DNA of 64,000 nucleotides from Nevskia sp. (lineage in GTDB: Bacteria; Pseudomonadota; Gammaproteobacteria; Nevskiales; Nevskiaceae). The position numbers were made by a program, and so were the translations under genes. Location: the NCBI GenBank assembly GCA_043781855.1, contig JAYWBB010000112.1, positions 16,115-80,114 of the forward strand, read 5' to 3'. Below are positions 1 to 9,614 of the stretch, piece after piece; positions within the stretch are counted from its first letter, which is position 1, and each line of letters opens with the position of its first letter. The notes below the pieces were generated by a model. That model made no database searches, had not been told where the DNA came from, and saw only the letters and a list, made by a program, of their open reading frames with translations.

Positions 1-586
1 TGCGCAGGTCTTCGTTCCTGCCCTTGAACGAGAACGACGAGGTGCGGCCGGCCACTTTCAGGTCCTTCACTTTCGCCAGCGCGTTGAGCAATTCCTCGGC
101 CATGCCGTCGGAGAAATATTCCTGATCCTTGCCGGGGCTGAGATCGGTGAACGGCAGCACCGCAATCGATTTGGCGACCCGCACGGGGACCGCCTCGGCC
201 GTCGGCACGACGGCGCCCGGGCTCGCGTCTTTGCGCAGCAGAAACTCATCGGCCAGCAAAAGAACGACGGCAAGACCGAGCACCGCGATGATCCAGCGGT
301 CGATGGCCTTGCCCGTCTGCCGCGTGATCGACGCAGCCGGATCGATCTCGCTCTCGCGCTTGATGCCCTGCGGCGTCCATTCGTAGAACCACGAAAACAG
401 CATCGCAAACGGAAAGCCGACGAGCGCGGCGACCACGATCCAGCGCACCACCCAATCGGGGGCATGAAAAAACGGAAAGACCTGCGTCGCGATCTGCACC
501 AGCAGCCACGCCGCGCCCGCGTAGAACACCGCCGCACGGTGGACGTTGCGGCGCTGAAGTTCGGCGAAGACCGAGGGCTTGCTCAT
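1..586 (-). CDS. Membrane-anchored COG5616-like/TPR protein, paralog 1. Only the N-terminal part is present; the gene runs off the left edge.
   Basis: My own minus-strand translation from the ATG at 586 gives MSKPSVFAELQRRNVHRAAVFYAGAAWLLVQIATQ... and later AKSIAVLPFTDLSPGKDQEYFSDGMAEELLNALAKVKDLKV. This is the same N-terminal module as the 583..2640 and 3847..5946 proteins. There is an ATGA start/stop overlap with the upstream paralog. The frame stays open to position 1, which is why it is absent from the ORF track. Confidence 0.8.
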   Translation of the reverse strand, partial: MSKPSVFAELQRRNVHRAAVFYAGAAWLLVQIATQVFPFFHAPDWVVRWIVVAALVGFPFAMLFSWFYEWTPQGIKRESEIDPAASITRQTGKAIDRWIIAVLGLAVVLLLADEFLLRKDASPGAVVPTAEAVPVRVAKSIAVLPFTDLSPGKDQEYFSDGMAEELLNALAKVKDLKVAGRTSSFSFKGRNEDLR

Positions 587-2640
587 CGCGTCGGCGTTTC
601 GCCGTCGGCAATCAATTTCTGAAAGCGCGGATCGTCTCGGAGATTGTCCCAGTCCGGGTCCAGCCGAAGCAGCGCCGGCGTTACAGGCGGAGAGCCATAG
701 GAAATGCCGAGCAGATGTTGCAAGGCCGCGATGGCGCTGTCCTTGTCGCCGAAGCGCGCCTGGATGCGGGCGAGATTTTCTGCGTAGGTCGGGCCTACCA
801 GCGCGTCCATCGAGGCAGGCAGCAAAGCGATGGCACGGCGCTCATCGGCGAGGGCTGCGGCCTGCATGCCGAGCCCGGCTTCGGCCCAGGCCTTTAGATC
901 GACCAGCCCCGCCGTGTCGGGCGCATCCCGCAAGGCGGTTTCGGACGCGGCAAGTGCCCTGCGGTAGTGGGCCGCCGCAGCGGCGACATCGCCGGCATGT
1001 CGCTGCAGATCGGCCAGCCAGCTTTCATAAGTGCCCAGGCTGGGGCCTAGCGCCTGTGGCTTCTCCAACTGCGTTTCGAGGATGGCGATCGCCGGCTCGT
1101 AGCGGCGCGTGAGAATGGCCTGTGTTGTGATGGCGCTGACAAGATTGCTATCACCCTCCTCGGGCTTCAGCGGATCGAGCAGGGCCTGTGCCTGTGTGAG
1201 TTCTCCTGTCAACAGGAAGGCGGTGGCTTGCGCACTGATGACGCCCGGATTCCCGGGACTCAGTTCGAGCGCGTGCTCAACCCGCTTTAAGGCCGAGGCC
1301 GCATCGCGCATCGAAATATCGGTGCCGGCCGCATCAGCGAGCAGGAAGACATTTCCCGGATCGAGATCGACGGACTGGTCGAACAAGCGGCGGCTGAGTG
1401 GCCACTGCCCCTGCCGGCGCGCGATGGCCGCCAGCGCATAGGTCGGCCATGGGTTACTGGGGATCAGTTTCCTCACGGCCTCGAAGCGGATCTTGGCGCC
1501 CTCGTAGTCGCGCTCCACCCAATAGTGGTAGTAGCCATCGGCAAGCTGCGTCTCGGCCAAATCCGGACTGAGCTTCTTCGCCGCTTCAAGCGCGCTGTGC
1601 GCCGCGTCACGGTGGCTTTGGGTGTGCTCGACGTTGATGTAGGCGAAGCTGTGCTGCCGCGACAGATGGGCCCAAGCCAGCGCGAAGCCGGGGTCGAGCT
1701 GAACGGCCTTCTCGTAAGCGGCGACCGAATTCAGGATGTTCGGCCCAAGGGCATCGACGCGCCCCTCGAACGCCAGACCGCGCAGGTAGGCATCGTAAGC
1801 CGCCGGGTTGGCGGTCGGCCGGGCCATCAGCAGCTGCGCTTCGGCGCCGCTCAGCTTGGCGCGCAGCGTTTCGGCCACGGCTTGTGCAACCTCGCCTTCG
1901 ACCGCGAACACATCGTCCAGTTTGCGGTTGTAGCTCTCCGCCCACAGGTGTTCGTCGCCCGCCGCGCGGATCAACTGCACGTTGATGTGCACAGCGTTCC
2001 CGATCTTCTGCACGCTGCCTTCGAGGATGTTGGCCACACCCAACTGCTTGGCGATTTCGGACAGGTTGCCGGGCTTCGCCGCGTACTGCTGCGTGGACGT
2101 GCGCGAGATGACTTTCAGCGCACCGATCTTGGCAAGGCGGGTGAGGATTTCATCCTGAATGCCGCTGGCGAAGTAGGCATTGTCCGGGTCCGCGCTGAGA
2201 TTCTCGAACGGCAGTACGGCGATGGACTTGTCGTTTGCGGCGACAGCGGCCGTTGGCCCGCTTGCAACCGCCGCCGCCGGCGCCGCATGCGGCCAGAACA
2301 GCCTGGCCAGCAATACCAGCACCGCCACCAGCAGGACGCCGATGATCGCGCGGTTGAGTTGCTGCCCCGTCTGCCGGGTGGTCGACGTGCCCGCCTCCAC
2401 CTCGTCGGTTTTGACGATGCCCTGCGGCGTCAGCTCGTAAATCCAGGACAGTGCCAGCGCCACCGGGAAGCCGGCGACGATCACCAGCACAATGATCCGC
2501 TGCGCCAGGGACGACACCTCGAAGACCGGCAGCACCTGCGTGACCACCTGCACCAGCAGCCAGCCAGCGACGGCATAGACCGCGCCGACCTTGTAAACGT
2601 TGCGGCGCTTGAGCTCGGCGAAGAACGACGGTCGCGTCAT
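583..2640 (-). CDS. Membrane-anchored COG5616-like/TPR repeat protein, paralog 2
   Basis: ORF 583..2688. The likely start is the ATG at 2640 (MTRPSFFAELKRRNVYKVGAVYAVAGWLLVQ), by alignment with paralog 3. It has a TM helix, an SIAVLPFENLS...YFASGIQDEILTRLAKIGALKVISRTS module, and a long Ala/Leu-rich TPR-like C-terminal part. Confidence 0.85.
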   Translation of the reverse strand: MTRPSFFAELKRRNVYKVGAVYAVAGWLLVQVVTQVLPVFEVSSLAQRIIVLVIVAGFPVALALSWIYELTPQGIVKTDEVEAGTSTTRQTGQQLNRAIIGVLLVAVLVLLARLFWPHAAPAAAVASGPTAAVAANDKSIAVLPFENLSADPDNAYFASGIQDEILTRLAKIGALKVISRTSTQQYAAKPGNLSEIAKQLGVANILEGSVQKIGNAVHINVQLIRAAGDEHLWAESYNRKLDDVFAVEGEVAQAVAETLRAKLSGAEAQLLMARPTANPAAYDAYLRGLAFEGRVDALGPNILNSVAAYEKAVQLDPGFALAWAHLSRQHSFAYINVEHTQSHRDAAHSALEAAKKLSPDLAETQLADGYYHYWVERDYEGAKIRFEAVRKLIPSNPWPTYALAAIARRQGQWPLSRRLFDQSVDLDPGNVFLLADAAGTDISMRDAASALKRVEHALELSPGNPGVISAQATAFLLTGELTQAQALLDPLKPEEGDSNLVSAITTQAILTRRYEPAIAILETQLEKPQALGPSLGTYESWLADLQRHAGDVAAAAAHYRRALAASETALRDAPDTAGLVDLKAWAEAGLGMQAAALADERRAIALLPASMDALVGPTYAENLARIQARFGDKDSAIAALQHLLGISYGSPPVTPALLRLDPDWDNLRDDPRFQKLIADGETPTR

Positions 2641-2724
2641 ACCCTCGGGTTCTCTTCTGGTCGATGGCCAGTTACTGAACCCGATCATACGGGCCGGGCG
2701 CGCGGCTCAACGTCGCGAGTACAT

Positions 2725-2751
2725 AAAAACCGGGGTGTCTCAGCGCCCCGG
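2725..2751 (-). terminator. Orphan rho-independent terminator, a copy of the ilvC terminator
   Basis: The 8-bp stem CCGGGGTG/CGCCCCGG (2730-2737 with 2744-2751) has loop TCTCAG and is followed on the minus strand by TTTTT (2725-2729). The flanks are homologous to the ilvC terminator region at 6025-6054. Confidence 0.5.
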
Positions 2752-2930
2752 TGTGTTGCGGCTCACAGCTTGTTGCGGCAGATCAGTTCTTGCTTCTTGT
2801 CGTCATTGAGGGCAAGTGCTCTGGCACCCGAAGGCAAAAATGGCGAGGTTCGACGGGCATTGCGCAGGTCATCGAAGGTATCTGTGGGTTCGGCGAAGGA
2901 CGTTCTGAAGAAGCCCGGAATATTTCGTCG

Positions 2931-3007
2931 TACCGGCGAAAGCCGGTATCCATCGGCGGAACTTTCAATCCCGTGCAAGTGCACTGGATTCCGGCTTTCG
3001 CCGGAAT
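2931..3007. repeat. REP-like pair of short hairpins in inverted orientation
   Basis: TACCGGC-GAAA-GCCGGTA (2931-2948) and ATTCCGGC-TTTC-GCCGGAAT (2988-3007) are reverse complements of nearly the same unit. The palindrome GTGCAAGTGCAC lies between them at 2973-2984. Confidence 0.6.
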
Positions 3008-3037
3008 GACAGGTTTTTTTAGGGTCTCCCAAGACGT

Positions 3038-3436
3038 TCAAGGCGTCACGACTGGAATATCCAGGTCCGGCGCTTTTGCGAGCCGCTTATCGCGGGTCAC
3101 TAGCGTGGCGTTCAGCACGCGCGCAAGGGTGATGTAGGCCGCGTCATAGGCCGTCACGTTGTTGCGCAGCGCCCAGATGCCGTCGATCAGGCTCGTGTGC
3201 CGATATATCCGGATGCGCAAGCCGCGCATCAAGGTTGGCAGTTCCGCACTGCGGCCAGCGGGAATCGCACCCACCTGGTCGAGCTTGCGCAGCGCGTTAA
3301 GCACTTCGATATCGATCAACTCGGGTGCGGCCATCACCGTACCCGGCGCCCACAGCAGGTCTTCGATCGGCTGCGGCCTGAAGCGCGCAAGAAGATCGAT
3401 CACGATCGATGCATCCACGACGAGGACTCGGCTCAC
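3038..3436 (-). CDS. vapC: PIN-domain ribonuclease toxin, VapC family
   Basis: 132 aa. MSRVLVVDASIVIDLL... has the typical PIN N-terminal acidic motif. The GTGA overlap with the upstream antitoxin gene gives the classic two-gene TA layout. Confidence 0.85.
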   Translation of the reverse strand: MSRVLVVDASIVIDLLARFRPQPIEDLLWAPGTVMAAPELIDIEVLNALRKLDQVGAIPAGRSAELPTLMRGLRIRIYRHTSLIDGIWALRNNVTAYDAAYITLARVLNATLVTRDKRLAKAPDLDIPVVTP

Positions 3437-3663
3437 GCCGCGTCACGCTCACGGCGCACCATGCCGGCCGAAGATTTTTTCATCGCAAAAGGCTCCGCCC
3501 CGCTCAGCCGAGCCTTGAGTTCCGCCTCCGAAGGCACCGCCGCCATGGCGACGAGTTCGGTGAGGATGAGCTCGCTCAGGCTCTTCCCCGCCAGCGCAGA
3601 GCGCGCCTTAAGCGCCCGGTGGACCCGGTCAGGCACGTTTCGGATCTGGATCATGACGGACAT
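3433..3663 (-). CDS. vapB: Ribbon-helix-helix antitoxin, FitA/VapB-like
   Basis: MSVMIQIRNVPDRVHRALKARSALAGKSLSELI is a typical Arc/RHH antitoxin N-terminus. I prefer the ATG at 3663 because GAGG sits 8 nt upstream. The ORF track starts at the GTG at 3672. Confidence 0.8.
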   Translation of the reverse strand: MSVMIQIRNVPDRVHRALKARSALAGKSLSELILTELVAMAAVPSEAELKARLSGAEPFAMKKSSAGMVRRERDAA

Positions 3664-3846
3664 TTCACGCACCTCGTTTCATGTGCTCCACATGCTAGCA
3701 TTTGGTTTGCATAATGACATCGAGTCCCAAGGCGGCTGGATTCCGATATCGCGCCTCGCGCGCAGGGGCTGCGCAGGCTAATCAGGTAGAGTGCGCACTG
3801 CGCGCGACGACGTTCGATCGACAAGAATTCGTGCGCCGAGCGCACG

Positions 3847-5946
3847 CTATTTCAGTTCTTTCTCGAAGATCAGCTTCTGGAATCGCGAATCTTCGCGCAA
3901 CGGGTCCCAAGTCGGGTCGAGCTTGAGCAACTCCACGGTGATTGGGCCGCCAGAGAAACTGCCTGAATAGTTTGTGCCCAGCAAATGCTGCAAGCGGTCG
4001 ATGGCGCGACCGGTCTCGCCGACCTGCGCTTCCACGGCCGCCAGATTCTCCTCCATGGCAGGCCCCTGCACGGCGTCGCGAGACGCCGGCAAGAGCGTTA
4101 CGGCGCGCTCGCCTTCCTTGAGCGCAAGCATCTTTTCGCCGAGTTCGGCGTAGACCAGCCCAAGGCGCCCAGCATAGTCAGCGTTGTCTGGTTCCTTTTC
4201 GCGCAACGCCTCGAATTCGCGCCGTGCCTGCATATTCGTGGTCTTAGCGGCAGCTATGTTTCCCGACAGCCGCTGCACAAAGCCGAGGGCTGCTCGAATC
4301 GCAGCGCCGTTTGCGCCGACGGCGAACTCCGGCTTCGCCAGCAGCGCTTTCAGCAATTCCAGAGTCTGGGGGTAACTGTGTTCAAGCAAGCTCTGATTGA
4401 ACGCTGGAACCGCGAGATTAATGCTGGCCTGAGCAGACGGCAGGCGGCCGAGCAGTTGCCTTGCCTGATCCAGCCGCCCCTGCACTTGGTATATACCCAC
4501 CTGGCTGGCGATCGTCTCGGGATCACCTGGCAGAATTTCCAGCCGTCGGTCCAGCATCTTGATTGCCTCCGCGTATCGGCGCGTATTCGCATAGGTGTTT
4601 GCGCGGAAAGCCAACAGAACCGGATTTAATGGGTCCAGAGCGATGGCCTGATCAGAATACGCCAGACTCTGATCCCACAATCCTTGTCGGCGCAAGATCA
4701 ACGACAAGGCGAGGGGCACTTCGCTGCTGCTCGGCAGCCTCGACCATAACGCTTCGAACAGCAGCCTGGCCGCCGGGTAATCGCGCAGCATCCAATAGCG
4801 GTAATAGGCCTGCGCGAGCTGCGTATCGGTTGAATCCGGCTGCAACGCGACGGCCCTCGCCAGCGCTTGCTTGCTGGCCTCACGACGCGCGGCACTGGTG
4901 TCCTGCAGCGAGAACACCAGCAGGGCATCGACCCGTGAGAGCCGGGCCCAGGCCTGCACGAACTGCGGATCGAGTTCGGCCGCTTGCGCAAAAAACTGCG
5001 CAGCCGTCTCGAAAGCTTCGGGCTCGTACCAACTGCGAACCTCCGAGGCCAGCCCGTGCAGGTAGGCGTCGTAAGCCTCCGCGTTGCGGGTCGGTCTGAC
5101 CGCAAGTTCCCGCTGCTCGCCGCCCGATAGCCTGGCTTGCAGCGCTTCGGCGATAGCCGTTGCCACGTTGCTCTCGACGCCGAAGATATCGGTGAGCTGG
5201 CGGTCGTAGGTCTCGGCCCAGAGATGCGTGTCGCTGCTGGCTTCGATCAACTGCACGCTGATCCTTACCCGATCGCCCACCTTCTGCACGCTGCCTTCGA
5301 GAATGCTCGCGACACCAAGCTGTTTCGCGATCAACGGCAGGTTGTCCGGTGAGCTCGCGTAGCGCTGAGTGGACGTACGCGAGATCACCTTGAGCGCGCC
5401 GATCTTCGCCAGCCGCGTGAGGATTTCGTCCTGGATGCCCTCAGCGAAATAGGCGTTGTCTTTTTCGGAACTCCGATTCTCGAACGGCAGCACGGCCAGC
5501 GATTTCGCGTTCGGCGCATTCTCCGCCGCCGTAACGGCGTTCGGCACACTTGCGCTGCCGTTCGCTTCGACGAACGCGGTATTGCTCTGGCCGAACGGCC
5601 AAAACATTCTGGCTGAAATGACGAGCACGACGACGACCAGCATACCGATGAAGATGCGATTGAAGTGTCGTCCTGTGCGGCGCGCGGTCGTTTTGTCCGG
5701 GCCAGCGGCGTCGGTGCGGACGATGCCTTGCGGCGTCAGATCGTAAATCCAGGAGATGATCAGGGCGACCGGGAAGCCGGCGATGATCAGCGTTACCAGC
5801 AGCCGCTGGACCCAGGTCGGGGTTTCATAGATCGGCAGCACCTGCGTGACGACCTGCACCAGCAGCCAGCCGCCGATGGCATACATCGCCCCGACTTTGT
5901 ATACGTTGCGGCGCTTCAGTTCTGCGAAGAACGATGGACGGCTCAC
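3847..5946 (-). CDS. Membrane-anchored COG5616-like/TPR repeat protein, paralog 3
   Basis: 699 aa. It begins MSRPSFFAELKRRNVYKVGAMYAIGGWLLVQVVTQVLP, carries SLAVLPFENRSSEKDNAYFAEGIQDEILTRLAKIGALKVISRTS, and has a TPR-like C-terminal part. The N-terminal 250 aa are highly similar to paralog 2. Confidence 0.85.
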   Translation of the reverse strand: MSRPSFFAELKRRNVYKVGAMYAIGGWLLVQVVTQVLPIYETPTWVQRLLVTLIIAGFPVALIISWIYDLTPQGIVRTDAAGPDKTTARRTGRHFNRIFIGMLVVVVLVISARMFWPFGQSNTAFVEANGSASVPNAVTAAENAPNAKSLAVLPFENRSSEKDNAYFAEGIQDEILTRLAKIGALKVISRTSTQRYASSPDNLPLIAKQLGVASILEGSVQKVGDRVRISVQLIEASSDTHLWAETYDRQLTDIFGVESNVATAIAEALQARLSGGEQRELAVRPTRNAEAYDAYLHGLASEVRSWYEPEAFETAAQFFAQAAELDPQFVQAWARLSRVDALLVFSLQDTSAARREASKQALARAVALQPDSTDTQLAQAYYRYWMLRDYPAARLLFEALWSRLPSSSEVPLALSLILRRQGLWDQSLAYSDQAIALDPLNPVLLAFRANTYANTRRYAEAIKMLDRRLEILPGDPETIASQVGIYQVQGRLDQARQLLGRLPSAQASINLAVPAFNQSLLEHSYPQTLELLKALLAKPEFAVGANGAAIRAALGFVQRLSGNIAAAKTTNMQARREFEALREKEPDNADYAGRLGLVYAELGEKMLALKEGERAVTLLPASRDAVQGPAMEENLAAVEAQVGETGRAIDRLQHLLGTNYSGSFSGGPITVELLKLDPTWDPLREDSRFQKLIFEKELK

Positions 5947-6024
5947 GCCTGAGCTCCCTTCGGGTCGAAAGTCCGACTCTGCGGTCGATCATACGTGCCG
6001 GGCGCGAGGCCCGGCGCGTGGAGT

Positions 6025-6054
6025 AAAAAAAAACGGGGCGCCGAAGCGCCCCCC
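6025..6054 (-). terminator. Rho-independent terminator of ilvC
   Basis: On the minus strand, GGGGCGC-TTCG-GCGCCCC is followed by a run of 9 T. It lies 30 nt downstream of the ilvC stop. Confidence 0.8.
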
Positions 6055-6084
6055 GATCTTTGCAGCCTTGGAACGATCCACCGA

Positions 6085-7152
<1,068 letters not shown>

Positions 7153-7650
7153 TCAGGCCGGCGTCAGCACGCCGGGGCCGCGTTCGAGTGCGGCGGTACC
7201 GCTGCGGACCAGTTCGAGCACCCTGGCGATGCTCGACAGCTCGGCGAGAAACGCGTTGACTTCGCCGCCGGCGCCGGTGAGCTGCACGGTGCGTGTGGTC
7301 TCGGTTTCGTCGAGGATCAGGCCGCGGTGACGGCGCACGCAGTCGACCACCTGGCGCGCACTGGTCGCGTCGACGGCGACTTTGAGCATCAGCAACTCGG
7401 CTTCGAGATGATCGCGGCCGGTCAGATCGGTGATCTCGACGACGTCGACCAGCTTGCGCGACTGCTTGATGATCTGATCGATGACCGACTCGCTGCCGGA
7501 CGTGACCAGAGTCAACCTCGAGACGGTCGGATCAAACGTCGGCGCGACCGAAAGCGACTCGATGTTGTAGCCGCGCGCCGAGAACATGCCGGCGACACGG
7601 GCCAGGGCGCCGGCTTCGTTTTGCAACAGGATGGAAATGATGTGACGCAT
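7153..7650 (-). CDS. ilvH: Acetolactate synthase small (regulatory) subunit
   Basis: The ATG at 7650 gives MRHIISILLQNEAGALARVAGMFSARGYNIESLSVAPT, an ACT domain typical of IlvH/IlvN. The longer ORF 7153..7917 is an upstream extension without homology. Confidence 0.93.
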   Translation of the reverse strand: MRHIISILLQNEAGALARVAGMFSARGYNIESLSVAPTFDPTVSRLTLVTSGSESVIDQIIKQSRKLVDVVEITDLTGRDHLEAELLMLKVAVDATSARQVVDCVRRHRGLILDETETTRTVQLTGAGGEVNAFLAELSSIARVLELVRSGTAALERGPGVLTPA

Positions 7651-7769
7651 AGGGCGCGCAAGGTAGCCTTGTCCGGCCCCGGACGCAAGGCCGCGCGGGG
7701 GCGGGATGAGGGCCGGACGTGCTATAAAAGCAGCCCTTTTTTGTTGCAGGATTAAGAGATCGCCCGCCG

Positions 7770-9611
7770 ATGAACGCCCAGCCGAAACCCGCATCGCATC
7801 CCCTCGCCGGCACTTTGATGAGCGGCGCCGACATGATCGTCCAGGTTCTGGCCGATGAGGGTGTCGATGTCGTCTTCGGTTATTCCGGCGGCGCGATCCT
7901 GCCGACCTACGACGCAATTTTCCGCTTCAACGAGTTGCACCGCCGCTGCGACGGCAGCGAGCTGATGCCGCTGATCGTCCCGGCCAACGAACAGGGCGCC
8001 GGTTTCATGGCCGCCGGCTATGCCCGCTCCAGCGGGCGGGTTGGCGTGGCGCTCGTGACTTCCGGTCCGGGCGCCACGAACACCGTCACACCGGTACGCG
8101 ACTCGATGGCGGATTCCACACCGATCGTCGTCATCTGCGGACAGGTGCCGACCAGCGCGATGGGCACCGATGCCTTTCAGGAAGCGCCGATCAGCAACAT
8201 CATGGGCGCCTGCGCCAAGCATGTGCTCCTGGTCACCGACCCGACCAAGCTCGAAGCCACCGTGCGCACCGCGTTCGAGATCGCGCGCACCGGGCGCCCC
8301 GGCCCGGTCGTCATCGACGTGCCGAAGGACGTGCAGAACTGGCAGGGCGTGTTTTCGGGTAGCGGCAGCTTGCCGGTGCCGGGCTATCGCGCGCGGCTCA
8401 AAGCGTCAGACGAGAGTCGTCTCGACGATGCCGCCTGCGCGAAATTTTTCGATCTGCTGAAACAGGCCAGGCGCCCGCTGCTCTACATCGGCGGCGGCGT
8501 GATCCACGCCGACGCCTCGGCCGTAATGCGCGCGTTCGCGTCTGCCTACAGGATTCCGGGCGTGATGACGCTGATGGGCCTCGGCGCCTACGACACGACC
8601 GAGCCGCTGTCGCTGCACATGCTGGGCATGCACGGCACTGCCTACGCGAACTACGCGACCGACGACTGCGACTTCCTGATCGCCGTCGGCAGCCGCTTCG
8701 ACGACCGCGTCGCCGGCGTGCCGTCGAAGTTCGCGCGCGGGGCGAAGTACATCGCGCACCTCGATGTCGACGCCTCCGAGATCAACAAGGTCAAGCGCGT
8801 GCACTGGTCGCATGTCGGCAACCTGCGCACCGCACTCAGCCAGTTGCTGGCGTACGCGCAATCGCAGTCGTTCAAGCCGGACTACGCCGACTGGCACAAG
8901 CACCTCGCGGCGCTGAAGATCAAGCACGCGATGAACTATGACCGCAAGGCCGCGGCCATCCAGCCGTATGCCGTCATCGAAGAGATCAACAAGCACACCA
9001 AGGGCGACGCGATCATCGCCACAGGTGTCGGCCAGCACCAGATGTGGGCCGCACAATATTTTGACTTCAAAGAGCCGCGGCTGTGGCTCACATCCGGCTC
9101 GATGGGCACGATGGGTTTCGGCCTTCCGGCCGCCATCGGCGCGCAGTTCGCGAACCCGGGCAAGACCGTCATCGACATCGACGGCGACGCCAGCATCCGC
9201 ATGAACATCGGCGAGATGGAGACGGTCACCAACTACGGCCTGCCGATCAAGGTCGTCGTGCTCAACAACCAGGGCGACGGCATGGTCCGTCAGTGGCAAA
9301 AACTTTTCCACAAAAGCCGCTTCTCGGGCAGTGACAAGACGCTGCACAAGAAGGACTTCGTCAAGGCCGCGCAGGCCGACGGCTTCGAATACGCTGTGCA
9401 GCTCAAGAACCCCGCCGACCTGCCGCGCGTGATCAGGGAATTCATCGATTTCAAGGGCCCGGCCTTCCTCGAAGTGGTCATCGACCGCGATGCCGGCGTC
9501 TACCCGATGGTCGGCCCCGGCATGAGCTATGTCGAGATGATCACTGGCGACTGGATCGTCTCGCGCGAGCCACCGAGAGCGGTCGACGTCAGCAAGACCG
9601 AGTTGTTTTGA
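7770..9611 (+). CDS. ilvI: Acetolactate synthase large (catalytic) subunit, ThDP-dependent
   Basis: 613 aa, containing SGADMIVQVLADEGVDVVFGYSGGAILPTYDA, VTSGPGATNTVTPVRDSMADSTPIVVICGQV and GSMGTMGFGLPAAIGA...NNQGDGMVRQWQ. The start could instead be the ATG at 7818 (MSGADMIV). Confidence 0.9.
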   Translation: MNAQPKPASHPLAGTLMSGADMIVQVLADEGVDVVFGYSGGAILPTYDAIFRFNELHRRCDGSELMPLIVPANEQGAGFMAAGYARSSGRVGVALVTSGPGATNTVTPVRDSMADSTPIVVICGQVPTSAMGTDAFQEAPISNIMGACAKHVLLVTDPTKLEATVRTAFEIARTGRPGPVVIDVPKDVQNWQGVFSGSGSLPVPGYRARLKASDESRLDDAACAKFFDLLKQARRPLLYIGGGVIHADASAVMRAFASAYRIPGVMTLMGLGAYDTTEPLSLHMLGMHGTAYANYATDDCDFLIAVGSRFDDRVAGVPSKFARGAKYIAHLDVDASEINKVKRVHWSHVGNLRTALSQLLAYAQSQSFKPDYADWHKHLAALKIKHAMNYDRKAAAIQPYAVIEEINKHTKGDAIIATGVGQHQMWAAQYFDFKEPRLWLTSGSMGTMGFGLPAAIGAQFANPGKTVIDIDGDASIRMNIGEMETVTNYGLPIKVVVLNNQGDGMVRQWQKLFHKSRFSGSDKTLHKKDFVKAAQADGFEYAVQLKNPADLPRVIREFIDFKGPAFLEVVIDRDAGVYPMVGPGMSYVEMITGDWIVSREPPRAVDVSKTELF

Positions 9612-9614
9612 GCG

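Noticed and set aside
7651-7769. Leader peptide or attenuator for the ilv genes in the divergent spacer
   Set aside because: No short ORF rich in Val, Leu or Ile codons is present on either strand. The AAAAGCAGCCCTTTTTT stretch does not form a convincing terminator stem.
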